Positions 1-10,598 are shown, counted from the stretch's first letter. The stretch: DNA of 64,000 bases from a virus (IMGVR_UViG_3300035396_001032:17214-81213), one strand, 5' to 3'. Translations and numbers: made by a program. The notes: generated by a model from the sequence alone, not told the origin.

Positions 1-2
1 TT

Positions 3-3000
3 GCTGTTGGTAGTGCAAGTCTTGTTGAAATGGATTCAAATACCTCATGTGCTGCAGACCTTAGAATTAAATTAACATCTAATGATGCTTGTGGTACTGG
101 TATTGCAATTGTTAAGACCAGAGGTGAATTAACTACAACAGATGGTGTTGAAACAGGTGATGAACTCGGACATATTTGGTTTAGGTCACGTGTAGCAGAT
201 ACTGGTGTTACAAACAATTCAATTGTAAGTAAATATACAGGTACTGGTTTGCTTGGTTCATATGATGGAGATTTATTGTTTAATACCGCAACAAATTCAT
301 TTCCAACTGAGAAAGTAAGAATCACAGCAGGTGGTAATACTGGTTTCGGCATTAGCGGAGCGACAGCAGTAATTCATCTTAAAGCAGGTACAAGTAGTAA
401 TGCTCCGTTGAAATTCACAAGTGGAACACTTCTTAGTAGTCCACAAACAGGAGCAGTGGAATTTTTAGGTAATAAATATTATGGTACTACAACTGGTAAT
501 ACCAGAAATACATTTGCTTTCTTAGAAAGTCCAGAATTCACTGGAACACCTGTGTTACCATTAACTACTGAATTGGGTAATGTTGTGCTTAATGATTATA
601 TATGGAATTCTGGTGGAACGAATAATCCATTATTAACACTTAAATCGGACTTCGATACGTTTACTGGTTCTACTGTTCCTTGGGATAATATTGATTTTAG
701 TGGTTCAACGCTTGCTGATTTAGAAACTCGTAATGCTGAAGATGTTAATATCAGTGTTCCGCATTGGGACAGCACAAATGTCGATGATTTTACAAATAAA
801 ATTGCAGACTATATCGAAGACACCCAAGGCAGTGGTAGGCTTAGTCCAGAAATTGTATTAAGTGGGTTAAATACGACAAATTTAATTGTTTTCAGTGGAA
901 CTGGTTATATTTCATATACTGGATATCATAGTATTATTACTTGGAGTGGTACTACTATTGATGTTAGTGAATATGTTGAAGGTACGTATTACGTATATGT
1001 TGATACTAACTCAGAAATTCAGATTTCAACAAGTAATCCTGATGGTATTCACAATATAAGATTAGGTTCATTCTTTTGGAGTGGCTCAATAATTGGTGGT
1101 ATTATTCAATGTGGTTGTGTTATTTTGAATTCACTTGCAAGAACAATTAATTTCTTCCTAAGATTAGGTTATTTTATATATGATGATGGAGGTAATATTG
1201 AATTAATGAGTGGTAATACTCGTAAAATCATTAGTTCACCATGTAAAGTACAGTTTGGATTACTTAATATTGATTTACCAGAAATCGGTGCAAATCAGGC
1301 AAGTAATCTTCAATATAAATACATCTATATTTCTGCTGACCAAGGAGTTGAAGTAAATTGGGCATTTGTCCGTTCAGGTGGTATCATACCAACGGGTAGA
1401 TGGAATGATGTGACTAAAAACAGTCACATTCCTTTGACTGGATATACTGTTAATTTCACCAGTGGAAGCACGATAATGACAAGTAGTTCAGACTTAACAT
1501 CGATAATATCTGTAGATAATTTTATATATTTATCTGGTGATAGTCACACATATAGTATACCTATTACTGATGTTACTTGGACAGGTAGTCAAACCAATAT
1601 TTATTCGAATTTCACGTATTTGGGTTCAACAGGTAGTGGTACTGCAATTATCGATGCTTCACTACCACAAATTCCAAGCGGAAAATATGTAAAGTCTTTG
1701 GTAGTAAGAACTACTGATAGTCAATTAATATTTTTTCCTGCTCAAACGTATTATGATACCCAAGATGAGGCATTAAATGGTGTATTACCACTAATTCCAA
1801 CTCAGTTAAATCAAAATTCAATTAAAATGGCATATATTGTTAACGTTGCTGAAGAATTGGATTTAACTGGAAAAATATATGATATTAGACCATTACCTTT
1901 TCATGATAGAGAAGGTGGACAAAGTGGTGGTGGTACGACAATTACTAATCATGGTAGTTTAACTGGATTACTAAATGATGACCATCCACAATATTTACGA
2001 ACTGATGGTACAAGAGCATTGACTGGTATACAAAGTTATCAATCCCAGCCTACATTTAGTAATGATTTACAAATTATCACAAAAAAATATGTTGATGATG
2101 TTGATGTGTTAAAATTAGATAAAAGCATTTTTAATACATATACTGGTACAACTGTGCCAAATACTTATTTAACTATTAGTAATTTCAATACTTATAGTGG
2201 TACAACAGTACCTGCAACATATTTAACTATCAACAATTTTAATACTTATAGTGGGGCAACTGCAATTCTTATTGGAACAAAACAAGATACGATAACTGGT
2301 GCAGCAACTACGATTACAACATCGAATTTAACTATTGATAGAGCATTAATAAGTAACGGTAGCGGTAAAGTTGCTGTAAGTACAGTAACAAGTACTCAAT
2401 TAGGTTATGTTGCTGGAGTAACGTCTGCAATTCAAACACAATTAAATACTAAAGCACCACTTGCAAGTCCTGCATTAACTGGAACTCCAACAACACCAAC
2501 TGCTGCAGCAGATACAAGTACAACACAGATAGCAAGTACTGCATTTGTTGTTGGTCAGGCAAGTGCAATAAACCCTTTAATGAATGGTAGTGTTACAATT
2601 GGTACAAGTTTAAGATATTCACGTCAAGACCATGTGCATCCAGTAGATACTTCAAGGCAAGCAACAATAACTGGTGCTGCGACAACAATAACAACATCAA
2701 ACCTAACGACTGATAGAGTATTAATTTCTGACGGTAGTGGTAAGGTTGCTGTTAGTACAGTTACATCGACACAATTGGCTACAGTTTCTGCTCGTGTATA
2801 TGGTACAGAATATCAACTTGCTTCTGCATTGGCAAGTACAAGTACTAATAGTACAACACCTGTTGCTAAAGTAACTATGACAACAACTGATTTACCATCT
2901 GGTACATATAAAATTGTTGTACACTGGGTATGGTCAAGAAATAGTGCAGCAAACTCAGGAAGGTTTAATGTAACTATTGGTGGTGTTGCGCAAGGTACAA

Positions 3001-3173
3001 GAACAACAATGGAAATTGAGAACGGTGATACTACAGATATTCGTCCAGAAACCAGAATATTTTATAAGGCACTTTCAGGAGTTAATACTATTGTATTTAA
3101 CCATTGGGGTGAAAGTACTTCAAATAGTACAACAACATCAGATGCAACAATTGAATTAATACGAGTAGAATAA
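3..3173 (+). CDS. Tail fibre / long virion fibre protein, 5'-truncated by window edge
   Basis: Frame is open upstream of the ATG at 30 (AVGSASLVE-M). T/S/G-rich. Contains phage tail-fibre repeat APLASPALTGTPTTPT...QIASTAFV, HGSLTGLLNDDHPQYL motif and internal repeats. Confidence 0.8.
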   Translation, partial: AVGSASLVEMDSNTSCAADLRIKLTSNDACGTGIAIVKTRGELTTTDGVETGDELGHIWFRSRVADTGVTNNSIVSKYTGTGLLGSYDGDLLFNTATNSFPTEKVRITAGGNTGFGISGATAVIHLKAGTSSNAPLKFTSGTLLSSPQTGAVEFLGNKYYGTTTGNTRNTFAFLESPEFTGTPVLPLTTELGNVVLNDYIWNSGGTNNPLLTLKSDFDTFTGSTVPWDNIDFSGSTLADLETRNAEDVNISVPHWDSTNVDDFTNKIADYIEDTQGSGRLSPEIVLSGLNTTNLIVFSGTGYISYTGYHSIITWSGTTIDVSEYVEGTYYVYVDTNSEIQISTSNPDGIHNIRLGSFFWSGSIIGGIIQCGCVILNSLARTINFFLRLGYFIYDDGGNIELMSGNTRKIISSPCKVQFGLLNIDLPEIGANQASNLQYKYIYISADQGVEVNWAFVRSGGIIPTGRWNDVTKNSHIPLTGYTVNFTSGSTIMTSSSDLTSIISVDNFIYLSGDSHTYSIPITDVTWTGSQTNIYSNFTYLGSTGSGTAIIDASLPQIPSGKYVKSLVVRTTDSQLIFFPAQTYYDTQDEALNGVLPLIPTQLNQNSIKMAYIVNVAEELDLTGKIYDIRPLPFHDREGGQSGGGTTITNHGSLTGLLNDDHPQYLRTDGTRALTGIQSYQSQPTFSNDLQIITKKYVDDVDVLKLDKSIFNTYTGTTVPNTYLTISNFNTYSGTTVPATYLTINNFNTYSGATAILIGTKQDTITGAATTITTSNLTIDRALISNGSGKVAVSTVTSTQLGYVAGVTSAIQTQLNTKAPLASPALTGTPTTPTAAADTSTTQIASTAFVVGQASAINPLMNGSVTIGTSLRYSRQDHVHPVDTSRQATITGAATTITTSNLTTDRVLISDGSGKVAVSTVTSTQLATVSARVYGTEYQLASALASTSTNSTTPVAKVTMTTTDLPSGTYKIVVHWVWSRNSAANSGRFNVTIGGVAQGTRTTMEIENGDTTDIRPETRIFYKALSGVNTIVFNHWGESTSNSTTTSDATIELIRVE
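2130..2261 (+). repeat. In-frame tandem 54-bp (18-aa) repeat, about 2.5 copies
   Basis: FNTYTGTTVPNTYLTISN / FNTYSGTTVPATYLTINN / FNTYSGAT starting at 2130, 2184, 2238. Confidence 0.9.
2280..2777 (+). repeat. Dispersed 123-bp (41-aa) duplication in fibre gene (2280-2402 and 2655-2777)
   Basis: KQDTITGAATTITTSNLTIDRALISNGSGKVAVSTVTSTQL vs RQATITGAATTITTSNLTTDRVLISDGSGKVAVSTVTSTQL, 36/41 aa identical, many synonymous differences. Confidence 0.9.
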
Positions 3174-3883
3174 TGGAAAAACAATTATTAGCATATCAAA
3201 TAAGCGGTCAAACCGTAGGCATTGACATCCAATCTTGGAATACCGATGATTTAAATGGCAATCCTGCATTTAAAATAATTATTAGCGGAACAACCATCAC
3301 TAATGGTTATGTGGATATTAGTTCAATTGTGAATTGGGATATGTTTGGAGAAGGCGTTGCAAATGACTATATGTGTATCAGATTTAGAATTAAAAGTCTT
3401 TGCAAAACCAAAGGTTGGTCGAATATGACAAATACCGAAAAGGACATTGCAATCAAACATTATATCAGTGACGACCCAACTAATGCTGTGATTTATTTAA
3501 TGACAACCAAAGGCATGACTCAACAACAGGCACAGGGATTTGTATTGGTTGCTTGGCATAAGTATCATGCAAAATTGCTCGAATCCGCAAATCAAAGAAT
3601 GTATTATTTGAAATTTGCAGTACCACAATATCTATCACTTACTGATTGTGAGAAATTGTTTGATGATGCGCAAAGCCTAATTTATGAATTTACTCAATTA
3701 GGTAGATTTGGTATTGAAATGGGTGATAAAAAAAGTGGATTATTGGATTATATAATGTCAACAAATGCCTATGTTGGTGCAGGTCTGGAAGAAAGTGGAT
3801 TAACATTACTTCAAGGAACTTGGGATAATTTTAGGTCTATACTATATTCTATCTTAGTTGACGGTATTTATAATAAATATTAA
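3173..3883 (+). CDS. Hypothetical protein (fibre-associated by position)
   Basis: 236-aa ORF coupled to the fibre gene (TAATG overlap); no recognised motif. Confidence 0.75.
   Translation: MEKQLLAYQISGQTVGIDIQSWNTDDLNGNPAFKIIISGTTITNGYVDISSIVNWDMFGEGVANDYMCIRFRIKSLCKTKGWSNMTNTEKDIAIKHYISDDPTNAVIYLMTTKGMTQQQAQGFVLVAWHKYHAKLLESANQRMYYLKFAVPQYLSLTDCEKLFDDAQSLIYEFTQLGRFGIEMGDKKSGLLDYIMSTNAYVGAGLEESGLTLLQGTWDNFRSILYSILVDGIYNKY
3864..3872 (+). promoter_or_regulatory. GTATTTAT phage promoter motif
   Basis: GTATTTATA 24 nt before ATG 3888. Confidence 0.6.
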
Positions 3884-3887
3884 TGAT

Positions 3888-4274
3888 ATGGGAGAATTAC
3901 TACAAAATATTTTCGGAGATTATACAATTGTTCAATTACTTGGATACCTTTGGTTTTTTGTGATTGGCTATATTGTATATGGTTTAACAGAAACCAGTGG
4001 TCGTGACGTTGAAAGCAGTGCAACTCCAAGAAAATGGAGTTGGAAATTCTGGTTTATGGATAACTGGAAAAGATATCTAACAACAATTTTATGTTCTTAC
4101 ATACTTTTCAGATTTTATATTGAAGTTAGTGGACATCCATTTGGCAATTTCGATGCAGTTGGTTTAGGTCTAATTGGTGATGGTATTGCTGCAACACTTA
4201 AGGAAAGAGTTAAAGCAATTGGTGCAGATAGAAAACAATTAATGGCAAGTATGAGTCCAGAAGAAAAGGGATAA
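3888..4274 (+). CDS. Small membrane protein, putative holin
   Basis: Two to three hydrophobic segments (LLGYLWFFVIGYIVYGL; YLTTILCSYILF; VGLGLIGDGIAA) and a basic C-terminus. Start moved to ATG 3888 to fit motif spacing. Confidence 0.55.
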   Translation: MGELLQNIFGDYTIVQLLGYLWFFVIGYIVYGLTETSGRDVESSATPRKWSWKFWFMDNWKRYLTTILCSYILFRFYIEVSGHPFGNFDAVGLGLIGDGIAATLKERVKAIGADRKQLMASMSPEEKG

Positions 4275-4275
4275 C

Positions 4276-4689
4276 ATGAATTACAGCACATTTGATATTA
4301 ACAATTTCTTTATTAAGAAAGACAGCACTCTCCCTGAGTTGAAATACCCATTGATTCAACAGTTAAGAGAGCAATATGATATCAGTGATGATATGTTGGA
4401 GAACTGTGCAGTAACGTTCTCGATGATAGATGCAAGTACTGGCAATTACCGTATTGCTAACGTTGCAGCAAATCTTGTTGTTAATAATGACAGAGTTAAT
4501 AACCCCGATGAAGAACGCTATACCTTAACATATAGGTTCAAATTGAAGCAAACCTCAAAAGGTGGTAGATTTTATGGTGAGTTTAAAATAGATTTTCTTG
4601 GTGAAAACTGTGGAAAAATCACATTACCAACTCAGGGTCAGATAAATATCATTATTTCTGATGGAATTACAAAAACTACTGTAATTTAA
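4276..4689 (+). CDS. Putative BppU N-terminal-like virion structural protein
   Basis: FFIKKDSTLPELKYPL...VTFSMID...LTYRF...GEFKIDF...ITLP pattern resembles baseplate upper-protein beta-sandwich domains (by eye). Confidence 0.5.
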   Translation: MNYSTFDINNFFIKKDSTLPELKYPLIQQLREQYDISDDMLENCAVTFSMIDASTGNYRIANVAANLVVNNDRVNNPDEERYTLTYRFKLKQTSKGGRFYGEFKIDFLGENCGKITLPTQGQINIIISDGITKTTVI

Positions 4690-4691
4690 TC

Positions 4692-4721
4692 TTGACAATC
4701 TTATTTTTTTAATTATCTTTG
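4692..4721 (+). promoter_or_regulatory. Bacteroidota primary-sigma promoter upstream of helicase
   Basis: TTG (4692-4694)-N19-TATCTTTG (4714-4721), matching the -33 TTG / -7 TAnnTTTG consensus. Confidence 0.8.
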
Positions 4722-4738
4722 CATGATATTGATTAATT

Positions 4739-6550
4739 ATGCAAGAAACTCCTGTCTTTATAGTGCATTGTGAGCGAATCTCAAGGAGACAAGCATATTA
4801 TCTCAGATTCCAAGTTAATGACCAATTAATTCAACGAATAAAGAACTTGCCTGAAGATACTCGCAAGTGGAATGCTGGAATGATGGTATGGGAAGTCAGT
4901 ACAGAATCACTATACTTTTTAATTAAAAGATATAAGGGTTCAACTAAAATACATTTTGACTTCGGCAACGATGAAAGTCGTAAGATTTTCATTCAGCAAA
5001 TCAAGAAGATTGAAACTACAGAGGAAGAAAAGCGCAAATTCATTGCCGACCTCAATATCAAAAAAGAACATTGGGTTAAGTATAAAGAAGAACTTGAAAC
5101 TAAATATCTTGAATATTCAGATAAATGTCATTCATTTTTAAATCCTGAAATAAAATTATTTCCCCATCAACTTCAAGCAGCACTATTCATGAATACCACA
5201 CGTAACACGTTGATTTCACATGAAATGGGTCTTGGTAAAACACTTGCGAGCATTCTTTATGTAGAAATGAATGGTTTTAAAAGAGTTGTGGTTATTACAC
5301 CAAATTCATTAAAGTTTAATTTTTATGGTGAAGTGAAAAAATTCACAAAAAGTACTGCGCACATTGTTAATTGGAAAAAGAATGATTGTGGTATTGAAGA
5401 AGCTAAATATATAATACTTAATTATGATTTCTTCAACCCAAGTAGTAAAGAAAAGTTTTTAACTAAATGGAAGAAACTTGGTATTGATAATATTGATGCG
5501 GTAATTTGTGATGAATCATCAAAATTAAAAAACACTAAGGCGAATACCTATAAGAATTTTAGTAAGACGTTTAAAAAAGAAATGTTTAGAAACGAAAAAA
5601 TTAGTAAGATTTTCTTGTCAGGTACTCCTGCACCAAATCGTGCATATGAATTATACTCGGTATTACATGAAATATCTCCAGAAGATTTTGCAACAAAAAA
5701 ATATTTCTACGAATATTATTGTGGAATGTCATATGATTTAGGTGGTGGCTGGGGATATGTTACGAATTCAATGGAACAGAAATTTGAAGAACTCTATCAT
5801 AAGATTGCACCATATACTCACAGAAAGAGGAAATCAGAGGTTTTAAAGGATTTACCTGATAAAACTTATCAGCGAATCATATTGGAAATGTCTGACGATG
5901 AACAACGAATTTACGAAGAAATTGAAGAAGGTGTTGCAAATGAATTTGTGTTACATCCAACGGGTAATCCACTAACAATTATGATTCGATTGAGACAATA
6001 CTTAGCACAACTTAAAATCAAGCGAATAATTGAATTAATCGAGAATATTCACGAAACAGGTGAAAAGGTTATCGTAGTTGATTTTTTTAAAGAAAGTCTT
6101 TATGAATTAAAAAAACTTCTTGGTGATACTGCAGCACTTCATACTGGTGACCAGAGTGTTGAAGAACGTTCAGAAATTGTTAAAAAATTTCAAGATGTAA
6201 ATAGTAATCTTATTGATTTTCTTGGCAGCATTCAAACCTGTACATACGGACTAACACTAACTGCTGCAAGTAAGCTATTCATTATGACACTTCCATATAG
6301 TGTTGGAGACTATGACCAGATTGCGGATAGGTGTCATAGAATCGGGCAAAAAAATGCCGTTAATATATATGTACTAATATTTCCAGATACAATTGATGAT
6401 TATGTTTTTTCTGCAATCGAAAACAAGAGAAAGGAAATTGTCAAGGTGATTGATAACGAGGATTATACTTCAAATGTCGGTGAATCAGTACTGAGTGAGG
6501 TAATTAAAAAGATAAAAGAGAAGCATGGGAAGTCTACACAAATGGAATAA
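4739..6550 (+). CDS. SNF2/SWI2-family helicase with N-terminal HARP-like domain
   Basis: HEMGLGKT (motif I), DESS (II), LSGTP (III), GLTLTAA (V), QIADRCHRIGQ (VI). N-terminal YLRFQVNDQLIQRIKNLP...KWNAGMMVWEV resembles HARP. Confidence 0.9.
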   Translation: MQETPVFIVHCERISRRQAYYLRFQVNDQLIQRIKNLPEDTRKWNAGMMVWEVSTESLYFLIKRYKGSTKIHFDFGNDESRKIFIQQIKKIETTEEEKRKFIADLNIKKEHWVKYKEELETKYLEYSDKCHSFLNPEIKLFPHQLQAALFMNTTRNTLISHEMGLGKTLASILYVEMNGFKRVVVITPNSLKFNFYGEVKKFTKSTAHIVNWKKNDCGIEEAKYIILNYDFFNPSSKEKFLTKWKKLGIDNIDAVICDESSKLKNTKANTYKNFSKTFKKEMFRNEKISKIFLSGTPAPNRAYELYSVLHEISPEDFATKKYFYEYYCGMSYDLGGGWGYVTNSMEQKFEELYHKIAPYTHRKRKSEVLKDLPDKTYQRIILEMSDDEQRIYEEIEEGVANEFVLHPTGNPLTIMIRLRQYLAQLKIKRIIELIENIHETGEKVIVVDFFKESLYELKKLLGDTAALHTGDQSVEERSEIVKKFQDVNSNLIDFLGSIQTCTYGLTLTAASKLFIMTLPYSVGDYDQIADRCHRIGQKNAVNIYVLIFPDTIDDYVFSAIENKRKEIVKVIDNEDYTSNVGESVLSEVIKKIKEKHGKSTQME

Positions 6551-6893
6551 AAATCCATTCCAAGATTTTTTATTAAAGTCAATTATATTCGATGCAGATA
6601 TCTCTGATAAGAAATTACAGGAAGATATTTATAATGCGTTTGTATATTTTTTACAAAATGTTTTGGATGATGAAAATGATATTGTACATTTGGATTTCAA
6701 AATAACGAGTAAAAACGATTATTTTAAGGTTATTGGAAACAATGCAATCACTGCAGTATGGTTATCAGGTATGTTTCCGAAACGTACCGAACAAGTTCTT
6801 AAGAACAATACATTCGTCATAGGTAAGAGGAAATATACCTACAATGAAAAAACGTGTAAATTAACATATGTTTTAATTAAAACGAAGGAATAA
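6525..6893 (+). CDS. Hypothetical protein
   Basis: 122-aa ORF filling the gap between helicase and polymerase. Confidence 0.7.
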   Translation: MGSLHKWNKNPFQDFLLKSIIFDADISDKKLQEDIYNAFVYFLQNVLDDENDIVHLDFKITSKNDYFKVIGNNAITAVWLSGMFPKRTEQVLKNNTFVIGKRKYTYNEKTCKLTYVLIKTKE

Positions 6894-6899
6894 TCAATC

Positions 6900-9800
6900 A
6901 TGGAAATGGATAAACAAAAGGTCTTGGGAGAAATCAAAGGATTTCTCGAAGGCTACAACAATGACTTGAAGTATTTGGTTAACGTTGAGACCGACCCAAG
7001 GAATAATATTGCTGAGTGTATTATTCATGAACCCAATCAGAAGCCAAAAACAATAAATGTCAAGTACGAACCTTTCATGTATATGAAAGATTTGGAAAAA
7101 CTTGGATATAAATTGTATAGTGGCAGAGTTGATGGTATCGAAGAAAGTAAAAGGATAAAGTATGGCATCAAAATCACCAAGTTAAAGACTGGTAACCAGA
7201 AAAGATTGGTTGATGGTTACTGCTATAAGGTGACGAGTAGTAGGTCGTATAATGACATCACGAGTTACTTCAGGGATGGTGGTATTGACCCCTATGCAAA
7301 ACTAACTGATGAAAGTGGCGAATACGTTAAAGATAAGAAGGGTGACCCGATTTTCTTATACAGAGATTGTTTTTATTCACCAAGAACTACTGAACAATTC
7401 TTTATTTCCACACAATCCAGATTATTTAAGGGATATGAAGAATATAAAAACGTTCACAAGCTAACCTTTGACATTGAAACCACTGGTTTACGTTATCAGA
7501 TAGCGAGAATCATTTTGATTGGTGTCAGGGATAATAGAGGCTTTGAAACCATTCTTGAACCAGCCAAATTAAATGATGATGAATCTGAAATAAGGATGAT
7601 TCAAGACTTCTTTAATTTGATTAATCATTTACAACCTGCAGTAATTTCTGGATATTTCAGTGAAACATTTGACTTTGACTTTATCTTGGGTAGAGCAAAG
7701 ATATTAAAAATGCAACTCGATGAAGTTCCAACAAGTCTTAAAGAAGGATATCATTTAAAACGAAGAGGTAATGTATCGGTAAAGTATGGTAATACTGCCG
7801 ACAAATATACAGCAACCGAAATGTGGGGGTACTCTGTAATTGATATTCTCCACGCTGCAAAACGTACTGCATCAGTTAACTCTGATTTGAAAGAAACTGG
7901 TTTAAAGTATGTATCTAAATTTGAAAAGATTGCCAAGCCAAACCGAACATATATTGAGGGAGAAGATGGTGCAATTGGTAAATATTATCTCGAAAATAAA
8001 ATCTTCTTAATTAACGATAAAAACGAATATGTTCAAGTGCCTGATGAATATCAGGATGTTGCTAAGTGCCTGTATAAACTTCAGGTTAATAAAAACATTA
8101 TTGGCGATGAAGAATATAAAAGATTAAGAGGTCAATGTCTTAATCAGTCAAAGGTATTTGTAGACTGGTTCAGAACTGAGGCACTACCAAAGGGTATGAT
8201 AAACTTTATTGGTGGTAAAAAACTTGTTAAGCAATACTTGCTCGATGACTTGTGGGAAACCGAACATGTTGATGAACTCTACAATCAGTCATCATTCATG
8301 TTGGCAAAGATTGTGCCTACCACATATCAGCGTATATGTACGATGGGAACTGCTGCGGTTTGGAACTTATTGTTGACTGCTTGGAGTTATGAAAACGACT
8401 TGGCTATTCCACAATCAGATAAATATGAGAAGTTTAGTGGTGGATTGGCAAGATGTTTCAAGACTGGATATACAAAAAGGATTAAAAAGATTGACTACGC
8501 TTCACTGTATCCAATGATTCAGTTGACTGAAGGTGTCTTCCCGATTTTTGACATAACAGGTGTTATGAAGAAATTGTTGTTGTATTTAACAACCACTCGT
8601 AACATTTACAAGAAGTTAGCTAAAAAGAAAAAATTGAATGAAGAAGAGGTCATATTGTTGAAAGAAATTGACCCTGAAATCTACATCAAATACATAAATA
8701 ATGCGTTGACTCAGGCAGAAATTTTAATGTCTGAAATCAAACAGTTGCCTATCAAGATTTTGAATAACTCATTGTTTGGTGCGTTGGGTTCAAATATCAG
8801 TTTCAACTGGTCTGATAACGTATGTGCTGCAAGAATTACTTGTGTCGGTAGATTACACCTAAGACATGGTATTGATTGGTTTAGTAAATATGGATTGGTT
8901 GCACTGCTTGCAGTTACTGACGGTATAAACTTCCATATACCAGATACGACTACAATTAGAGTAACTGATGATGGTGTACTTTATGACCAACCAGAAGGTC
9001 TTATTGAAGACATGTGGAAGTATGATGGTCAAGTAGGTGTTCAAGCACTTATCAAAAAGTACAACAGGGAAGAAATGAAAGCACCATATATGAGTGTTGA
9101 TGATGATGGTGATAGTATTTCATGTTTAAACCTTTCACGTATCAACTATGGTTCATTGGCACTTGTTAAAGACAAGAAAACTGGTGAGTTGAAGGAAAAG
9201 ATTAAGTTGACAGGTAATACCATTAAATCAAAGGTAATGCCAGAATATATTGAAACTTTTATTGATAAGGGTTTGGATATGATTCTTCATGGGCAAGGCA
9301 AGGAATTCGTGGAATATTACAACAGTTATGCTGAAGATATTCGTTACATGAGAATTCCATTGAAGAAAATTGCGAGTAAAAGTAAGATTAAGATAAGTTT
9401 AAAGTCATATAAAAACAGGGGTAGTGATAAAAACGGTAAGGATAAAGCTGCCCAAGCACACATGGAATTGTTAATCCAGAAACGTGAGGCAATCGTAAGG
9501 GACTTGTTTGAAAAACATAAATCAGAATTTAATCTTGAAAAGATTAAAAACGTTAATGACATTGATGTAATGGCTAAATTGGTTGCCAATTATATGCCAC
9601 AAGAACCTGAATTGGATAGCGTTGTGTATTATGTTAACGTAGGTACTATGAAATCACATGGTGATGTGAAGAAAGACACAAAAACTGGTGAAGTGGTATT
9701 GCGTTGCGAATTAATTAGTGCAAAAGACCTGCAGGATAATCCGAATATGACAGGTACTTACAATTATAAAAAATATCTTGCAGCATTTAATACGAGAGTT

Positions 9801-10565
9801 GAAACCCTATTAGTAGGGTTTGACGAAGAAACTCGTAAAAAAATGCTTGTCAAGATAAATAAGCAAGGTGAGTTAAAAAAATTCGAATTCAATCCATTGC
9901 ACAATGAATTGGAGTTGAAGAATTTTGATTCTGACAATTATGATGAAGCAATGCACTTAGAAGATTTGGAAGTTGATTTCTGGAATAAAACTGGTTATGA
10001 CCCAAGAAATATTTGGAATGGCTTTAAAATGCGTGACGAATATAATGTTCACTATGAAATTTATCAGAACGCTTTGGACTTCCTTAATGAAAAGATGGTA
10101 GCAAGTGGTAAACCTAAAATTAAATCAATCAATGATGATTATAGTAATGGTGATTTAGTATTAGTTAAAGATGGTAGTGAATATCACGTTGGTTTATATA
10201 ATGACGTTTATATTCAGGTAGTTAGAAGCAATGTTGATATACCTAAAAGCGAAGTTGAATTAGAACTTGATAGAATCCGAGAAGAAAATCAGAAGAAAAT
10301 TGACGATTTGGGAGAAAGTGAACTTACAGTCAAAACTGATAGAGATTTATTCTTAGAATCTAAAGCCAAGAAACAATCACAATATTTTATTGAATTTAAA
10401 CAGGCATTCAACATTGACTTGACATATACTATGGAAAAATTGTTTGCAGATATTCCCGAAGCAAAGGGTGCATTCGAAACATTCATGGAAAGTAATGATG
10501 CTGCTGTTGATGACGAGGCAAGTGAATATTTAGATGTTGATGATGGTGGGGATGGTGCATATTGA
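6900..10565 (+). CDS. polB: Family B DNA polymerase with 3'-5' exonuclease domain
   Basis: ExoI FDIETTG, ExoII GYFSETFDFD, ExoIII YLLDD, motif A DYASLYP (8493), motif B KILNNSLFG (about 8754-8780), motif C variant AVTDG (8910-8924). Confidence 0.93.
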   Translation: MEMDKQKVLGEIKGFLEGYNNDLKYLVNVETDPRNNIAECIIHEPNQKPKTINVKYEPFMYMKDLEKLGYKLYSGRVDGIEESKRIKYGIKITKLKTGNQKRLVDGYCYKVTSSRSYNDITSYFRDGGIDPYAKLTDESGEYVKDKKGDPIFLYRDCFYSPRTTEQFFISTQSRLFKGYEEYKNVHKLTFDIETTGLRYQIARIILIGVRDNRGFETILEPAKLNDDESEIRMIQDFFNLINHLQPAVISGYFSETFDFDFILGRAKILKMQLDEVPTSLKEGYHLKRRGNVSVKYGNTADKYTATEMWGYSVIDILHAAKRTASVNSDLKETGLKYVSKFEKIAKPNRTYIEGEDGAIGKYYLENKIFLINDKNEYVQVPDEYQDVAKCLYKLQVNKNIIGDEEYKRLRGQCLNQSKVFVDWFRTEALPKGMINFIGGKKLVKQYLLDDLWETEHVDELYNQSSFMLAKIVPTTYQRICTMGTAAVWNLLLTAWSYENDLAIPQSDKYEKFSGGLARCFKTGYTKRIKKIDYASLYPMIQLTEGVFPIFDITGVMKKLLLYLTTTRNIYKKLAKKKKLNEEEVILLKEIDPEIYIKYINNALTQAEILMSEIKQLPIKILNNSLFGALGSNISFNWSDNVCAARITCVGRLHLRHGIDWFSKYGLVALLAVTDGINFHIPDTTTIRVTDDGVLYDQPEGLIEDMWKYDGQVGVQALIKKYNREEMKAPYMSVDDDGDSISCLNLSRINYGSLALVKDKKTGELKEKIKLTGNTIKSKVMPEYIETFIDKGLDMILHGQGKEFVEYYNSYAEDIRYMRIPLKKIASKSKIKISLKSYKNRGSDKNGKDKAAQAHMELLIQKREAIVRDLFEKHKSEFNLEKIKNVNDIDVMAKLVANYMPQEPELDSVVYYVNVGTMKSHGDVKKDTKTGEVVLRCELISAKDLQDNPNMTGTYNYKKYLAAFNTRVETLLVGFDEETRKKMLVKINKQGELKKFEFNPLHNELELKNFDSDNYDEAMHLEDLEVDFWNKTGYDPRNIWNGFKMRDEYNVHYEIYQNALDFLNEKMVASGKPKIKSINDDYSNGDLVLVKDGSEYHVGLYNDVYIQVVRSNVDIPKSEVELELDRIREENQKKIDDLGESELTVKTDRDLFLESKAKKQSQYFIEFKQAFNIDLTYTMEKLFADIPEAKGAFETFMESNDAAVDDEASEYLDVDDGGDGAY

Positions 10566-10574
10566 TATTATTAA

Positions 10575-10583
10575 GTATTTATA
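10575..10583 (+). promoter_or_regulatory. GTATTTAT phage promoter motif
   Basis: GTATTTATA 24 nt before ATG 10599. Confidence 0.7.
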
Positions 10584-10598
10584 TGAAAATGTGCACAG

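Noticed and set aside
2280-2777. Diversity-generating retroelement TR/VR pair in the fibre
   Set aside because: Differences between the copies are spread over synonymous sites rather than confined to adenines, both copies are mid-gene, and no reverse transcriptase is in the window.
6900-10565. Intein in PolB (insert between ExoII and ExoIII, long C-terminal tail)
   Set aside because: No C/S-start...HN-C/S/T splice junctions or LAGLIDADG blocks seen.
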